Origin: Octopus vulgaris
Taxonomy: Eukaryota
DNA: 64,000 nt
Assembly: GCA_951406725.2 (NCBI GenBank)
Contig: OX597821.1
Coordinates: 10,230,001-10,294,000 of the forward strand
Direction of reading: 5' to 3'
This document shows, one piece after another, positions 12,460 through 25,299 of this stretch. Under the pieces are notes generated by a model. That model was not told where the DNA came from, ran no database searches, and saw only the letters and a list, made by a program, of their open reading frames with translations. The stretch's first letter is position 1; each line of letters starts with the position of its first letter. The position numbers and the translations under genes are program-made.

Positions 12460-14330
12460 TACACTTACAGCAGTTTTGGTTTTTAATTGCCACGTACTAA
12501 ATATCTCAGTCTCAAGGTCCTAATATTTCAACTTTGTTCGGACCACTTTGCTGAAATAGCACTGTCATATCATTCACCATACATTTTCATGTCCTTAGTC
12601 TTTAATAACCATGTCTGGTCTGTTAGCTTTTCTTTGCCTATCTGTTTGTATCAGATAATCCCATAGAATGGTAACATTCTCTCCCTCAGTGACTGAATCT
12701 GGATGGTGCGAATACTAGGTCTTTGGGTGTGGAATAACATAGTGACGGCAAGTATTGGCCAAACTCTACCATACCTGGTTTTATATTCTATAAGGGCTTG
12801 GACTGAGCAACCGTGTGGTCAATACTCTCCAGTTTATCATTGTGTTTTCCGCATTGTCTGCAACATTTGCTCAGTAGTTACCAGAGAAGTGGCTCTGATA
12901 TTCATTCGCAAGGTAAAACTTTCTGTTGCAGCTTTCCAACCAGTATTCTGTAACCGTTAATGACTTCTCATATCTACATCAGTTCCCATAGCTCGTTTGG
13001 TGAATTGAACATGCACTGGTTTTTCTTGCCACAGTCTCGATATGGCTTTTGGTTTACACATTTTGCTGCCTTAGAGCGTGGTGTGTCCACCTTGTCATCA
13101 TCATCAAGGACGCTAAGCACTCGTTTGTATTTATCTGATGTCTCCTTTGAGACTAAGTGTATTCACTCTCTCTATTCGTGTTGCCTTACCATCAATATCA
13201 TCCAGTTTCTATTATTTTGGATGTATAATTGGAGTCATAAGTGGTACGTTTTATAGGACGTTTCAAGTCGGCTTAAGACACTGCTGCCTTCCTTTCGTAG
13301 GTAATAGAGTCTGTGGACCACTGATTTTTGGTGGTGCATCATATCTAGTGTCAGCAGTTTCCTGGTCTTTATGTCCATACGCTAGAATTCACTCAGATTC
13401 CAACGGATGACATTCATACTATACTGGACCAATAGTACATCCAGGGTTTTTATAGCTGCAATGCTGCTCAGTTTTCAGGATAATTCCGACAAGTCTATAA
13501 TACTATTTCCTGATCATTGCTTTCATTGATCTGTGTCTAGGCTAAATTCCATATTTTATGACATCATTTAATATTATCACAATTACTAGTAGTCCTTGCA
13601 GCTCCCTGTCATATTTTCCATTTAATTTCAGGTCATTCATTCAGAGTAAATGTGAGATTATATTTTCAGACATTATGTGGTGTGATTTGTTCTATTCAGT
13701 TTAAAAGACAAGGAAATGAGGGAATCAGAAGTGGAGAGGAGTAATTGATTCGCCTTGAAATATTTCTCGGCTTATTTCGTTATGTGAATTAGCAATTTTC
13801 GAGTAGCATCCGGTTTATTAATAACTTGTCTTTGCAACCGTGTATGATTCTTTTGCACCATCATTGTTCACAGAGAAGGATGTTGTTTTCATCGAAAAAG
13901 TGGTACATTCTTTCGATGAGGATAGATGTAAATATTTTGTACATGGTAGACAAACAAGCGATCCGCCTGTAGCTTTTTTGGGGTTTCATGTGTCGCTTGT
14001 TTTAGTGAGTAGCTAAGATATCGCTAATGTTACCAACCATGGATTGTCTTCAGAGTTTCTGATGATATTAGAGAAATATTGCATTGACAGAGGGTTTGGT
14101 AATGAGAGACTAATAATCCAGAAGTTTGGGATTTTATCATGCCCAGGAGATTTCCACTTACGATTTTTAGATAGAGCTTGAGTCAGTTCATGCATCGTAG
14201 CAACGTTCCATCATTGATCTTCAATATCGGCGTTTCTTTCTTCTCTTCCTACCCATTCGGTTCCCTTGTTGAATTCCATTATATTGCTCCACATGCTTTT
14301 CTAAAATGTCACTACTTATTTTATATCAGG
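12460..14330 (-). mobile_element. Older, degraded R4/Dong-like LINE RT fragments
   Basis: 'KWKSPGHDKIPNFWI' (ORF 14013-14195), 'YRRIACLSTMYKIFTSIL..FDENNIL..EQ' at ~13870-13970, and a post-RT 'HQKSVVHRLYYLRKEG' motif at ~13290-13335. Confidence 0.7.
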
Positions 14331-14419
14331 CGGGTCTTTTACATCAATCGATTGTTTTGACGACAACAACACAAATAATAACAAAAATACAATGTTTGCT
14401 GATGCAGTGAACACAAAGA

Positions 14420-17400
14420 GAGTAATTTTTGCTGTCGTGTTCGATGAAGAATTCGTGAACTGTCAAAACTGAAAGATTTCATTAAATTTGAGTGGAGTAA
14501 GGCTGCAGTGCTCGTACCTCCCCAAACCCCCAAACCGTAGAGGGGAAAAGAGAAGACACTATGTTTCAAATGCGTATCACGCAAACGTAGGAGGGATCAG
14601 TCACGTTGAGAAGGCCCTGAAACAAATTTTAATAGATATGGACCATATACAAAGAGGGAGGCAGTTTGCCAGCATTGAGGTCCTCCTTAAAATGAAAGAT
14701 CTCGCGCCAAGACACACAGTTCACTCTGATGGACTGAAGAGTGGGTCCTTTATCCCACATATCTTTCAAAGAGAAATACCAGAATTAGGGTAAATGGCGT
14801 GCCACAGGGCGTAACCATTTGGTGGATTGTCGTCTGTGTGGTGCAGAACCTAGATGCAATCCTAGACGTAAAAAGGGGCAGCAGCGCGAACAGATGTGGA
14901 ATCAATTTGGAAATATTAATCCATGCAAAACTGGAAATATCGGGAAGATCCTGGATCTGATCCAGTTGCCCAAGGGGGTGGAATTTTGTGCTGTAGTTGA
15001 AGGCAGAAAACCCAGGTGCGACATCTGTGGGTCCACAACCACCTAACATCTTTCTGACTAAAAAGTTAGGGAGTACAATGCAACACCTGTCGCCTACATT
15101 GCACCCCCAATAACAGCAACATCATCAAAAGAAACCTTTTAATAAAACGGAGACACGTAGACCCATGGACTGGAGAAAACCAGCCAGGGCTCTGTCAATC
15201 CATCTCCCACTAGCGTCTGAAACACACACTCACAAAACTAGGCCCATGCTATCACAAACACACTCACACACACTGAGACAGATCCTACAGACAATAGACC
15301 TTCCTCAACCCGTAAAGGAGACAGGGAATTACCTTACAAAGCATGAAGCGTAAAAGGCAAAGGAAAAAGAAGACAGACGAACCTGCACCAACGTCTGAAA
15401 GCACAGAAACCTAGGGCACATTGAGAATAGACATAGCAAAAACATCACCAGCACCACCATCCACGCAAGCACCACTATCACAACGACATACACCAATGCA
15501 CTCAGAACCACATGTAGCCCCCAAAAGAAATCTCACAGTCACGAATACAGAAACACCGAATTACATGCTCATGAGGAGAGCCCAATTTTTTTTGGTATTC
15601 ATATCCATAAAAAAAGGATATTGAGAGAGAGGTGAAATTTACGACACCAGCACACTTAGGGTTCTGGATCACTTGTTGCTAATTCGGCTAACCCTCAAAG
15701 CGTACAAAGAACTTCACAGGGATTTCCCGAATGACGTGGGAATGTCAAACGTCTGCTCCACGAAGAGGCTTTTAGCCGGATTCCCAGAGGAACCAGATAC
15801 GGAGCCCGGGCCACGGCGCTGCAAGCATTTCCAGAAGCGTAAGTAACCCCGTTCATTTTTCTTTACCTCAATCTTTTTGAGCCGTCCTGGCGATTGTCAG
15901 AGGGGGTTGCATAAATTTTCGCGGCTTTATGTCGCCTTGGAATCAAGGTTGCTTGCTCAATGACCTTAGGTCAGTACGTTTGAATTTGATAGCAGCCAGT
16001 GAGCCCAGGTTTCCCAGAGGCCTGATTTTGCACCCATTTTCGATCTTCCAACCATTTACGCATCACTTAGTCGGCCAAGAATAGTAGGCGAGTTGGCAGT
16101 ACTGTTTAGGAAGGGCTGAACGTCCTGGACCCGGAAGGTAAATTAGTTGCCCAGGACGTGAGCGACAGTAAAGGCGGTACACTTGGACCAGTCACTGTCT
16201 ACACCCGAGAGGAGCGTAGCCAGATTCCTTCAGACGTTTGGATGTTTTCCTTGGGATGTCATGCGTACGTCACGACAGGGTGGGGTTAGCGGATAGTAGA
16301 AGGGACCGTAAGGGCCTCATAAACCTGCTCCGTCGCTTCTTGTGGGTTGACAGGTACTGACTGTATTTCCCGAATGCGCCAATGTGGACATGGGCGAACT
16401 GCTATGGGTCTTCCACATCGTATCTAGATAAAGCATTTTGTAAGCCTGCAGATAGAAGTAGTATAAGTTGTCCACAGTTCAAAGTCGTTGGCTACACGGA
16501 CCATAAATTTTGATCCATAGACAGGGCCAGGGGTAATGGAAGCTGAATGCATCCATACCGGATACTTTCAGAGATCGTGTTAGCAAGTTATTCCATCGAG
16601 ATTTGGCTTGTGCAATCGTCAATAGCCGTTGGTGGATATCCCTGAAAAGGGACATTAGAATAGAGGCGGAACGTTTTAGTAAGGAAACAGCGTTACAGGA
16701 ATCTAGGATAGAAACAGCATTAGAGGAGACTAGAATAGAGGGAGACCTAGTTAGGAAGCAAAAAGAGGCGCTTAAGAAAGGCATAGCGACCGACGTGCTA
16801 CCGGCGAGATTGGCTCTTGATTAATTCTTCAATGCGAAGCACGAAGGATGCGCCGTCAGAGCTAAGGCGCTTGCACTTAGACGGGAGAGGACAAAAGTTG
16901 TTCGATGGGCCCGGATGGGAGAGGCGATACGTGGAAACAAAGAAACAATTCGGTGTTTGCGAGCTGAGATTGGCGCATGTTAATCGATTCCAAGCAAATA
17001 TGTTCAGAATTTCAGCGGTGCTTCGCCGAACTGTCTGTGGCGCGCGGTGCTCCTGGGACGATGGTGGAGTTCACCTCCTATCTTAGGGGCATGCTGCGCC
17101 TCTCAGCCAGGGAAGCAGATATCTGCGTGATGTCGATGAAATCCGAAGATATACGGGACGCGATGACGACCTATGCAGAGAGATGTCTCGGGGGCGGGGA
17201 AGGATCTGCCCTTCGAGATTTGTTATCATATGTCACACTTTCTCGTTCTTTTCTTGGCAGATGCTTACCACAACTGGCAGCAGAATGGGAGAATTTCCAG
17301 TGGTGTGAGCCGTGGAGCGGTGGTGTTGTTCAGGAAGGATCCGAAGAAGGGGAACACAACTGTTAAGTTTTGGCCTATATTTTGCTGAATGCAGATTATA

Positions 17401-17720
17401 AAGTTATGGCGAAGGTGTTAGCCAAGAGGTTGGCGCTCGTCTTCGATAAGTTGTTTGGTGATGCGCAGATATGCAGTATCCCAAACAGAACTACCCACGA
17501 TGACCTGCACCACACGCGATACATCATAGAGAGTGTGGGTAAGGAATCGGTCAAGTGGGCTTGCAGCTTGTCCCGTGGAGAGGCTCGTACATGCTGAGCG
17601 ACAGCATTATAGCGAACTGGACGTAAGGACCAGTGAAATTGCTCGGGGTGGTGTTTGGCTCAGAACTCCACATGGACAAGAACTGGAAGGAAGTGGCGAG
17701 CAGAATAGCTAATCTCACCC
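14420..17720 (+). mobile_element. Degraded L1/Tx1-like LINE (ORF1 with zinc knuckle; ORF2 APE endonuclease and RT)
   Basis: ORF1-like 'VVEGRKPRCDICGSTT'. APE-like 'WTWAN..SYLDKAF..YTDHK..GPG*WKLNASI'. RT 'SRGAVVLFRKDPKKGN..WPI / LLNADYKVMAKVLAKRLALV..AQICSIPNRTTHDDLHHTRYII'. Confidence 0.85.
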
Positions 17721-19023
17721 AGAATTGGGCAGAGAAAGAAAGAGAGAGAAGGAGAGGGAGTGCCTGAATTCCTTTGTATTCCTTTGTACGATTGAACTGA
17801 AATTGATATTTGTTTTAGGTCTTCTGCCAATTTGAATGCGGCCGTACACTTACTAACATCTTTTGGCTTTCGAATACAAGCATTTCTTTCTCTTTCTATA
17901 TTTTGTTAAGTTACAAATTCTCTGTTTCGTTCAGGATCTTCTTTTTTCTTGTATCAAGTAATGGACGAAAGCTTTTATAAAGAAAAAAATTAAATTCATG
18001 GAGCCAAACAAAGTCAAAAGTATTAATTGTATATTTTCCTTTCCTTAATACTTTCAAAGGCATAGTATGAGAGAGTTTTGTCTGTTATTTCTAGCAAGTT
18101 AAACATCCACACATAGTTGTTCAATTGGCTCATTTGTTGTTGTGTATAAGTAAACAAAAACAGAAAGACAAGCACACATGTATATATGAATGTATATTAA
18201 TGTTACCGAAATTATTTTTACCAAAATCTCTGACATACAGCTGGACATTCGCATTATATTATGAAAGATTGTTACGCTATAACAAAGTTTATGTTAGTGT
18301 GAGGATATAGACAGTTATATTACCCGTGTATTTAACTTATATGTATTTTATGTAACCTTCGGAGAAGGCAGAGAATTATGGTTTTGCTGCAATTTGAACA
18401 GAGAATGTAAACTAAAACTAAAATAAGATACTTTGTATTTTAAAAGACAACATTGCTTTTACGACCATCCTTTTTTATGCAAAATAATATTTTCTGACAT
18501 AGCCATGACGGCAAACATTGACCTTGGAACTGGAATCTAAAGGATAAATAGCGTTACTGATCGCAAGAATATTTGAAGATCTAGAAAAAACATCTCAAGA
18601 TATTTTGTCAGATTGACAAATGATTTAACCCCCGTTTATTCAAAATAATGATAAAACTTCATAGACGATCAACAGTGAATATAATCTGTATATTAGCTAA
18701 CAGTATCACCTGGCAGAGGAACAATCTAGTTAGATGTATTGGAGGAATATATTGAAAATAAATCTTAAATCCCTAAGTTTCCAAAGTCAGAAGTGTAGTG
18801 AAAGCAATGTAACATAACATAAGAGCAGCGAAGAAAATTATAAACTATTTGTAGTTACTTGACGTATTACATTTAGAAAATGAGCTTCACAAATTGTTTC
18901 CAGCCTAGACATTTAGATATGTATGGAGATTTGTGCATATAAGACCATACTGTCGGAAATAGATACGTGTCTATGTCACACATTACTCAACGATTAAATG
19001 TAAAACGGTTTTATTGAATTATT

Positions 19024-19821
19024 CATTTACTTGTTTCAGTCATATGCCTGCGGCCATATTAGAGCACCGCTTTTAGTCGGGCAAATCGCTTCCCAGACTT
19101 TTTCTTTGCAAGCCTACTACTTATTCTACCGGGTTCTTTTGCTGAACCGCCAAGTTAAGGGGACGTAAATGCACCAGCATCAGTTGTCAAGCGATGGTAA
19201 GTGGAGGACAGACACAGACGCACATAAACACACACACACGCAGGAGTGGCTGTGTGGTAAGTAGCTTGTTTACCAACCATACGGTTCCGGGTTCAGTCCC
19301 ACTGCGTGGCACCTTGAGCAGGTATCTTCTACTATAGCCTCGGGCCGACCAAAGACTTGTGAGTGGATTTGGTAGACGGAAACTGAAAGAAGCCCGTCGT
19401 ATATATGTGTATGTATATATATGTGTGTGTGGGTGATGTGTTTATCCCCCTAGCATGCTTGACAGCCGATGCTGGTGTGTTTATGTCCCCGTTACTTAGC
19501 GGTTCGGCAAAAGAGGCCGATAGAATAGGCACTGGGCTTACAAAAGAATAAGTCCCGGGCTCGAGTTTCTCGATTAAAGGCGGTGCTCCAGCATGGCCGC
19601 AGTCATATGACTGAAACAAGTAAAAGAGTAAAAGAGAGTAAAGATATATATATATATACGACGAGTTTCTTTCAATTTCCGTCAACTCAACCAAATCCAC
19701 TCATAAGGTTTTGGTCGGCCCGAGATTATACTAGAAGACACTTGTTTAAGGTGCCACGCATTGCGACTGAACCCAGAACCATTTGGCTGGTAAGCAAGCT
19801 ACTTACTACACAGCCACTCCT
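19024..19821. mobile_element. Nested pair of SINE family B (tRNA head, CORE-like domain): minus copy (tail 19024-19198, head 19657-19821) with a plus copy (19239-19640) inside
   Basis: Head GCAGGAGTGGCTGTGTGGTAAG..GGTTCAGTCCC..GGCACCTTGRGCA and tail ..GGCGGTGCTCCAGCATGGCCGCAGTC..GAAACAAGTAAAAGAG occur in both orientations. Confidence 0.9.
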
Positions 19822-21702
19822 ATTTCTGATGAATCAACACCGGTGGGAGATTTAAGCAACAAGCTGACTAAATGCCATACATCTTCCAACATCTTTAAAT
19901 GCAAAGAATAATATATACTCAGAGATTAAGAAGGATACAAACTGTGACTTAATTTGTTGTAGGTAGACCATTTGTGGAGGTGTTCTAAGAGAAGTAGTGC
20001 TGAACTAGAAGCAATAAATATGAAAAAGAGCCGACTTAATCCAGATACTGTATAATGGTAATCGACTGAGCCTCTTAAATGTTGGTTGAGCTTGTTTCGC
20101 AATAACACAGTTACAATATCAAAACCAATGCGGAAAAAAATTCTAGATAGGCTTAGTACTCAACTTGAAATCAATAGATGTTTTGAAGGTTTTACAATGC
20201 TAAAAGCAAAATTAGAAATATAATAATTTTAATTCACGTTGATAACCTTTATATTAATAGAGTAACTAAACCCCTTGTTGCTTTTACCTCAGTCTGAGGA
20301 ATATTCTTATTCATTTGTTCCATTAATTATGCTACTAAAACTGTTTGATGTTTGGAGTTCGATTAAAAAATAAAACTTTCAAGTTATTAAAGAACTTTCT
20401 GATTCTCTATGCCTTATGAATTTGGGATTGAGCTAACTAGAGAAGGGGTTAGGTACATAGTTTCCAAGTATGCTTATTCACCCTACAAAATCTAGCTCCC
20501 AACACCTCACCTGGCCATCTGATATCGGAATAGCACTCTAAATAATGCCGTTCTGTAATGAACGTTAATTAGCTTTTACCTGGATGTAAAAAGCACTTGT
20601 TCTAGTGCTTAGAATATTAAGTTAAAGCCCGAAAGTTCTTTGATTGCGCGTTGTATCAGAGTAAGTCGCATAAATTCATGTTACTGCAGTCCACTCAGCT
20701 GACGATGATATCTAGTCGGCTGTTGGTTTACACGTTATCCTAGTGTCAAGTGTAGAAGGCTCTAGATTTAAGCAATTTGCGATAGTATTATACCTGGCAT
20801 AGGATTACAAAGCTAGATACACAGCTAAGAGATCTAAGAGATACGAAAAGATAATATACATATCTCGCGCTTTAATAGGGCAGCTAATTATACACTATTG
20901 ATTTCAAATCATAATTATATAGACTAAAAAAATCAAATCATTAGAACTAAATATGCTTGGGATACGGAATGGTCAAGGCTGGAATATTTCTTTGATCATG
21001 TGTGTACTCGCTTAAACTCTCTTTGGGACAAACAGTGACAATATAAATATTTTGATATATGTAGTATGAAACTTGTTTCCATGCAATTAAAAGATAAGAG
21101 TTTTCCAGTTGAGAATGGATGGGAACAGTGTTGATTGACAGTGTTGATTTATAATGTAATTTACAAGTAAAGTAAATCAGTTTGCATATCTATGAAATGC
21201 ATCTACAATTTCAATGATATGTTTCAAGTATAGATATCTGGGAAATGAATATTCCTTATCTAATGTATACTTCTATCTTGAAAATTAACAGATGTGTTAG
21301 TAATTATTCATAATACTATATCAACTTCAGTGCGACGGAATGTGTCATTACTTTCCCAACTATAACATGTATAGTAGTGAAATACGTACATGAAAAAGTG
21401 AGTTCTATCTATTAAACGCTTTATAATATTATTGTATTAACGCACATCTATACTTTTTAATGTTATTAGATATTGTTACTGTCATGAATAAGTGACTATG
21501 CATAAGGGAAAATAGAAATATAATCCGTCTAAGTTTATATTACCGTTGTTCTTTTTTTTTAGATATGGGAAAAGAAACCGAATTTAATAAGCAATAATAC
21601 ATCAGAAAATCAAATTCTCTCAGCAGGCCTGCGTCCTAAGAGGACATTATTAGTTTTATTTTTATCTTTGCTTTTAGACAAGAGAACAAAATGCGTGTGT
21701 GT

Positions 21703-21709
21703 CTATATA

Positions 21710-21779
<70 letters not shown>

Positions 21780-21782
21780 TAT
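21703..21782. repeat. (TA)n microsatellite
   Basis: Directly visible. Confidence 0.95.
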
Positions 21783-21909
21783 TGCACAAAAGCGACCAAT
21801 TGATTATGAATATTGAATTATATTGCAAAATCACTCAACAGTAACCAAAAAAACCAAATCTATTAATGGAAGAGGATATGAGAATGCATCAATATTACTC
21901 AGTGTATAC

Positions 21910-22185
21910 TAGCGTGACCAAGTGATCAGGGTGTTAAACACACGATCGCTAGATTTTGGGTTCATTTACCGGACCGAGCAACGCGTTGTTTTTTGACAAG
22001 TGAACAATCATTTCATCTTACTCCAGTCAACTCGGCTGCAACTGGGTTGCAGACCTGTGAACTGATTGGCTTTCCGATCAATGAGAATATTGTCCTGCTC
22101 GCATAGCCGGTGGGGTTACGTTATTCGAAAGCTACAAAGATATACAAAGTACATTGCGAACAGCGATGTATTATAACATCCAATA
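21910..22185 (+). mobile_element. Highly diverged SINE, family C-like
   Basis: tRNA-like head (GGGTTCATTTACCGGACCG). Tail 'GGGGTTACGTTATTCGAAAGCTACAAAG..CATTGCGAACAGCGATGT' resembles 28590-28650. Confidence 0.5.
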
Positions 22186-22429
22186 TGATATAACACATTG
22201 ACCTGAAAATTGGAGTTAGCAGTTCAATTTGACACCCAGTCAACTGAGTTATAACAACTTCATAAACCATATACATGACTGAGATAAAAGCGGGTCGACC
22301 ATAAACTAGTGCTGTGTCATCTGAAATCCAATAAGGGTCTGCATAAATTTGTTAATTCAGTTTCGACCGGTATCACTAAAGAATGAATAAAGAGCGCCTT
22401 TGTAAAACAAAAGAAATTAAATTTAACGA

Positions 22430-22494
<65 letters not shown>

Positions 22495-22997
22495 GGACTT
22501 GATAGAGCAAAGGAAGTGGTACCAACATAAACTCGACAGTATCATCGAAAAGGATAATGGAAAGATCGTATGTGATTTTATGATTTAGTGCGAACCATGA
22601 GAATTGGAAACCAGACATAGTCTTGAGGCAGAAAGCAAATGGTGCTGGATCATAGATATATCATGCCCAGCTGAAAACAATGTATGCAATAAGGAAGAAA
22701 AAATGTCGATAGATATGACAGGTTATCTTTGGAGGTTAAGATGTTGCGGTCGCTGAAAAAGGTGGTAGCATTAACAATAATTGTCGGAGTTCTGGGTACA
22801 GTGAGCAAAAATCTTGAGAAGTACATGAGATAAATATGGGATACAATAAGGGTGGAGCTCTTGCAGAAAACATCACTGCTTGGAACAGCTCGAATACACC
22901 AGATGGTGTTTGAAAAAAAAGTGGTGTTACCTTAGTTCATTGGTAGGGAACAGCTGGCACCGTAGTACATCTGCAGCGATTGAATTTGTACAAAGAC
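22495..22997 (+). mobile_element. R4/Dong-like LINE 3' fragment, second subfamily, flanked by (AAT)n on both sides
   Basis: 'KWYQHK', 'KPDIV' endonuclease motif, 'IIVGVLGTVSKNL', 'LQKTSLLGTARI'. (AAT)n at 22432-22494 and 22998-23044. Confidence 0.8.
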
Positions 22998-23031
<34 letters not shown>

Positions 23032-23045
23032 GCAATAATAATAAC

Positions 23046-24005
23046 TGCCTAACAAATATGAAGAAGAAGAAGGAGGAAGAATGGGAGCAGAAGAAGGCGA
23101 AGAAGAAACAACAAAAGCTATAAAACAAATGAAATCCAAACTAAAACTAGAACAGCAACGGACCTTGAATAAAACGATGGCAAGAAAAGTCCTTTCATGG
23201 CAAATAATTGGCTAAACAAAAGACACCGAAAAAAATCCTAGCAATGGATGAGAAGCTCAAGCCTCAAAGCTGAGATTGAAGGAGTTTTAATTGCGGCACA
23301 AGACCGAAGCTTTCCCACCAGAAATTACCAAAAACATATAATGAAAAGAAACATAACAAATAACTGCAGAATATGTGGAGATAGACAAGAAACAATAAAT
23401 CATATCATCTCTGGCTGCCCAGGCATGGCTAAGAAGGAATATATTCACAGGTACGACAGAGATGGGACCTACATACACTGGAAGCTATGCCGACACTATG
23501 GAATAACAACAGAGAAAAGATGGTATAGGCACACACCAGAAAAGGTCACAGAAAACGAGAAAGCAACCACACTGAGATATGCCAATACACACAGATAGAG
23601 AAACTAAGGCCAACAGACAAGATAGAGTTGTCAGAGATCATGAAGAAAAAAATGCTTTCTAATTGATGTATCAATACCAGCAGATGACAACTTTTCTCTA
23701 AAAGAAATGGAGAAACTTTCAAAAAACAAAAACCTGCTAATAGAGGTAACTCAAATGTGAAACCTAAAACTAGAAAAAAATGCTATCATAGTAGGCGCAT
23801 TAGGTATGATAAAAAAATTCAGACAAATCCATTACAAAAACACAAGAACATACCACAATATACAGCATACAGAAAATTCACTACTGGGCACTGCACACAT
23901 CCTACGCAAAACACTTTCAATACAGTAACCATAAGAGCATTGCGGCAAACCACAGCACATACCCAAGGCACACAGCCCAGTAATTTTATAAAAATAAAAC
24001 TACTG
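23046..24005 (+). mobile_element. R4/Dong-like LINE 3' fragment
   Basis: ORF 23248-23598 'LIAAQDRSFPTRNY..CRICGDRQETINHIISGCP..YIHRYD'; endonuclease remnant; ends AAAACTACTG(AAT)n. Confidence 0.92.
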
Positions 24006-24030
24006 AATAATAATAATAATAATAAAACTA

Positions 24031-24071
<41 letters not shown>

Positions 24072-24127
24072 TAATAATAATAATAATAATAATAATACCA
24101 ACAACAACAACAACAATAATAATAATA

Positions 24128-24165
<38 letters not shown>
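24006..24165. repeat. (AAT)n/(AAC)n/(GAT)n microsatellite
   Basis: Directly visible. Confidence 0.95.
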
Positions 24166-24719
24166 AAATGCTCTGATGCAGTACCAGGCAGTGGCACTCA
24201 TGGCTTCTGATCTTAACTGATTGGAAGTGTTATCATGTACATTGTTTTGTCTTGGTATAAAAGATGGGCTACAGCAAATATTCTGCTCAATACCACAGAT
24301 TTACTTGTCAGTTGTTTGACCTTAACCAGTTGAGCATGTCCCTTAGTGGCTGACGATATGTGCACCTCTGATCACGAGCAGAAGTTGTGGGGGAGCACCA
24401 TAGCCGTGTGTTGAAAGGAATTCTTGGAGGTTTGGATAATTCACATTTGGAAACATGGGTGGTTCATTCAACCTCCTTAAACACTCCTTATTCAGGGACC
24501 TTTTGAATGGGATGGGCTACTCGACAAGAAGAAAATTCTGACTGGGCCCCACCTGCAAGGTCATACGCTGTTTATCTTGATATGAGATCACCATGTCGCG
24601 CTCATATGGTTGTGATGCATGTGTCTGGTGTACCCTTATCAGATGGGTAGTCATGATGGGTATACTGGGCTATATTTTACCCCAGTGTCACTTTGATGGC
24701 ATGCACTGCTCTCTCACTC
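24166..24719 (+). mobile_element. ~554-bp non-coding (TAA)n-associated retroposon, full-length copy
   Basis: Starts AAATGCTCTGATGCAGTACCAGG, ends GCTCTCTCACTC(AAT)n. Two further copies at 11536 and 38911. Confidence 0.88.
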
Positions 24720-25299
24720 AATAATAATAATAATAATAATACTTTCTACATAAGGCACAAGGTCTGAAAGAGGCGACTATAACTTACATCGACCATAGCA
24801 TTTCACTGGTACTTAAGGTATCGACTGTGAAAGCTTGAAAACCTAATAATATTTACTCCATAGTACTGAATGTCTCTTGTTGGGATATTTATAAATAGTA
24901 ATTTTCTGTTTTAACATATATTATTTTAACTGTTAGGTCAGTTCATAATATACTTTTGCACATCTTATTTTGTAACTGTAAATGCAAGGAAAATAGTAGT
25001 ATATTTCTTATTAAATTTTAATTTTCTACGTACTTTTAAAGTTAATTACCTGTGTGAATATGTTTGTTCGTTTGCATGTTATCTGTAGAGGATGATGTCA
25101 AATAAAATAAAAACAAAGCAAAAACGAGTCTTTTAAATACGAAGGCATGTATCAGGACTAATAAAACATAAGTAATTATGTTATTTTAAACCTCATACTT
25201 AATTGCGTGTCTCAAAATATTGTGTGACTTCTCATAATTGTCGACTCCAAGTAGGTTGCTGCCTATAGAAACGGTGATGCTAAACAAGCGAATAGAGCT

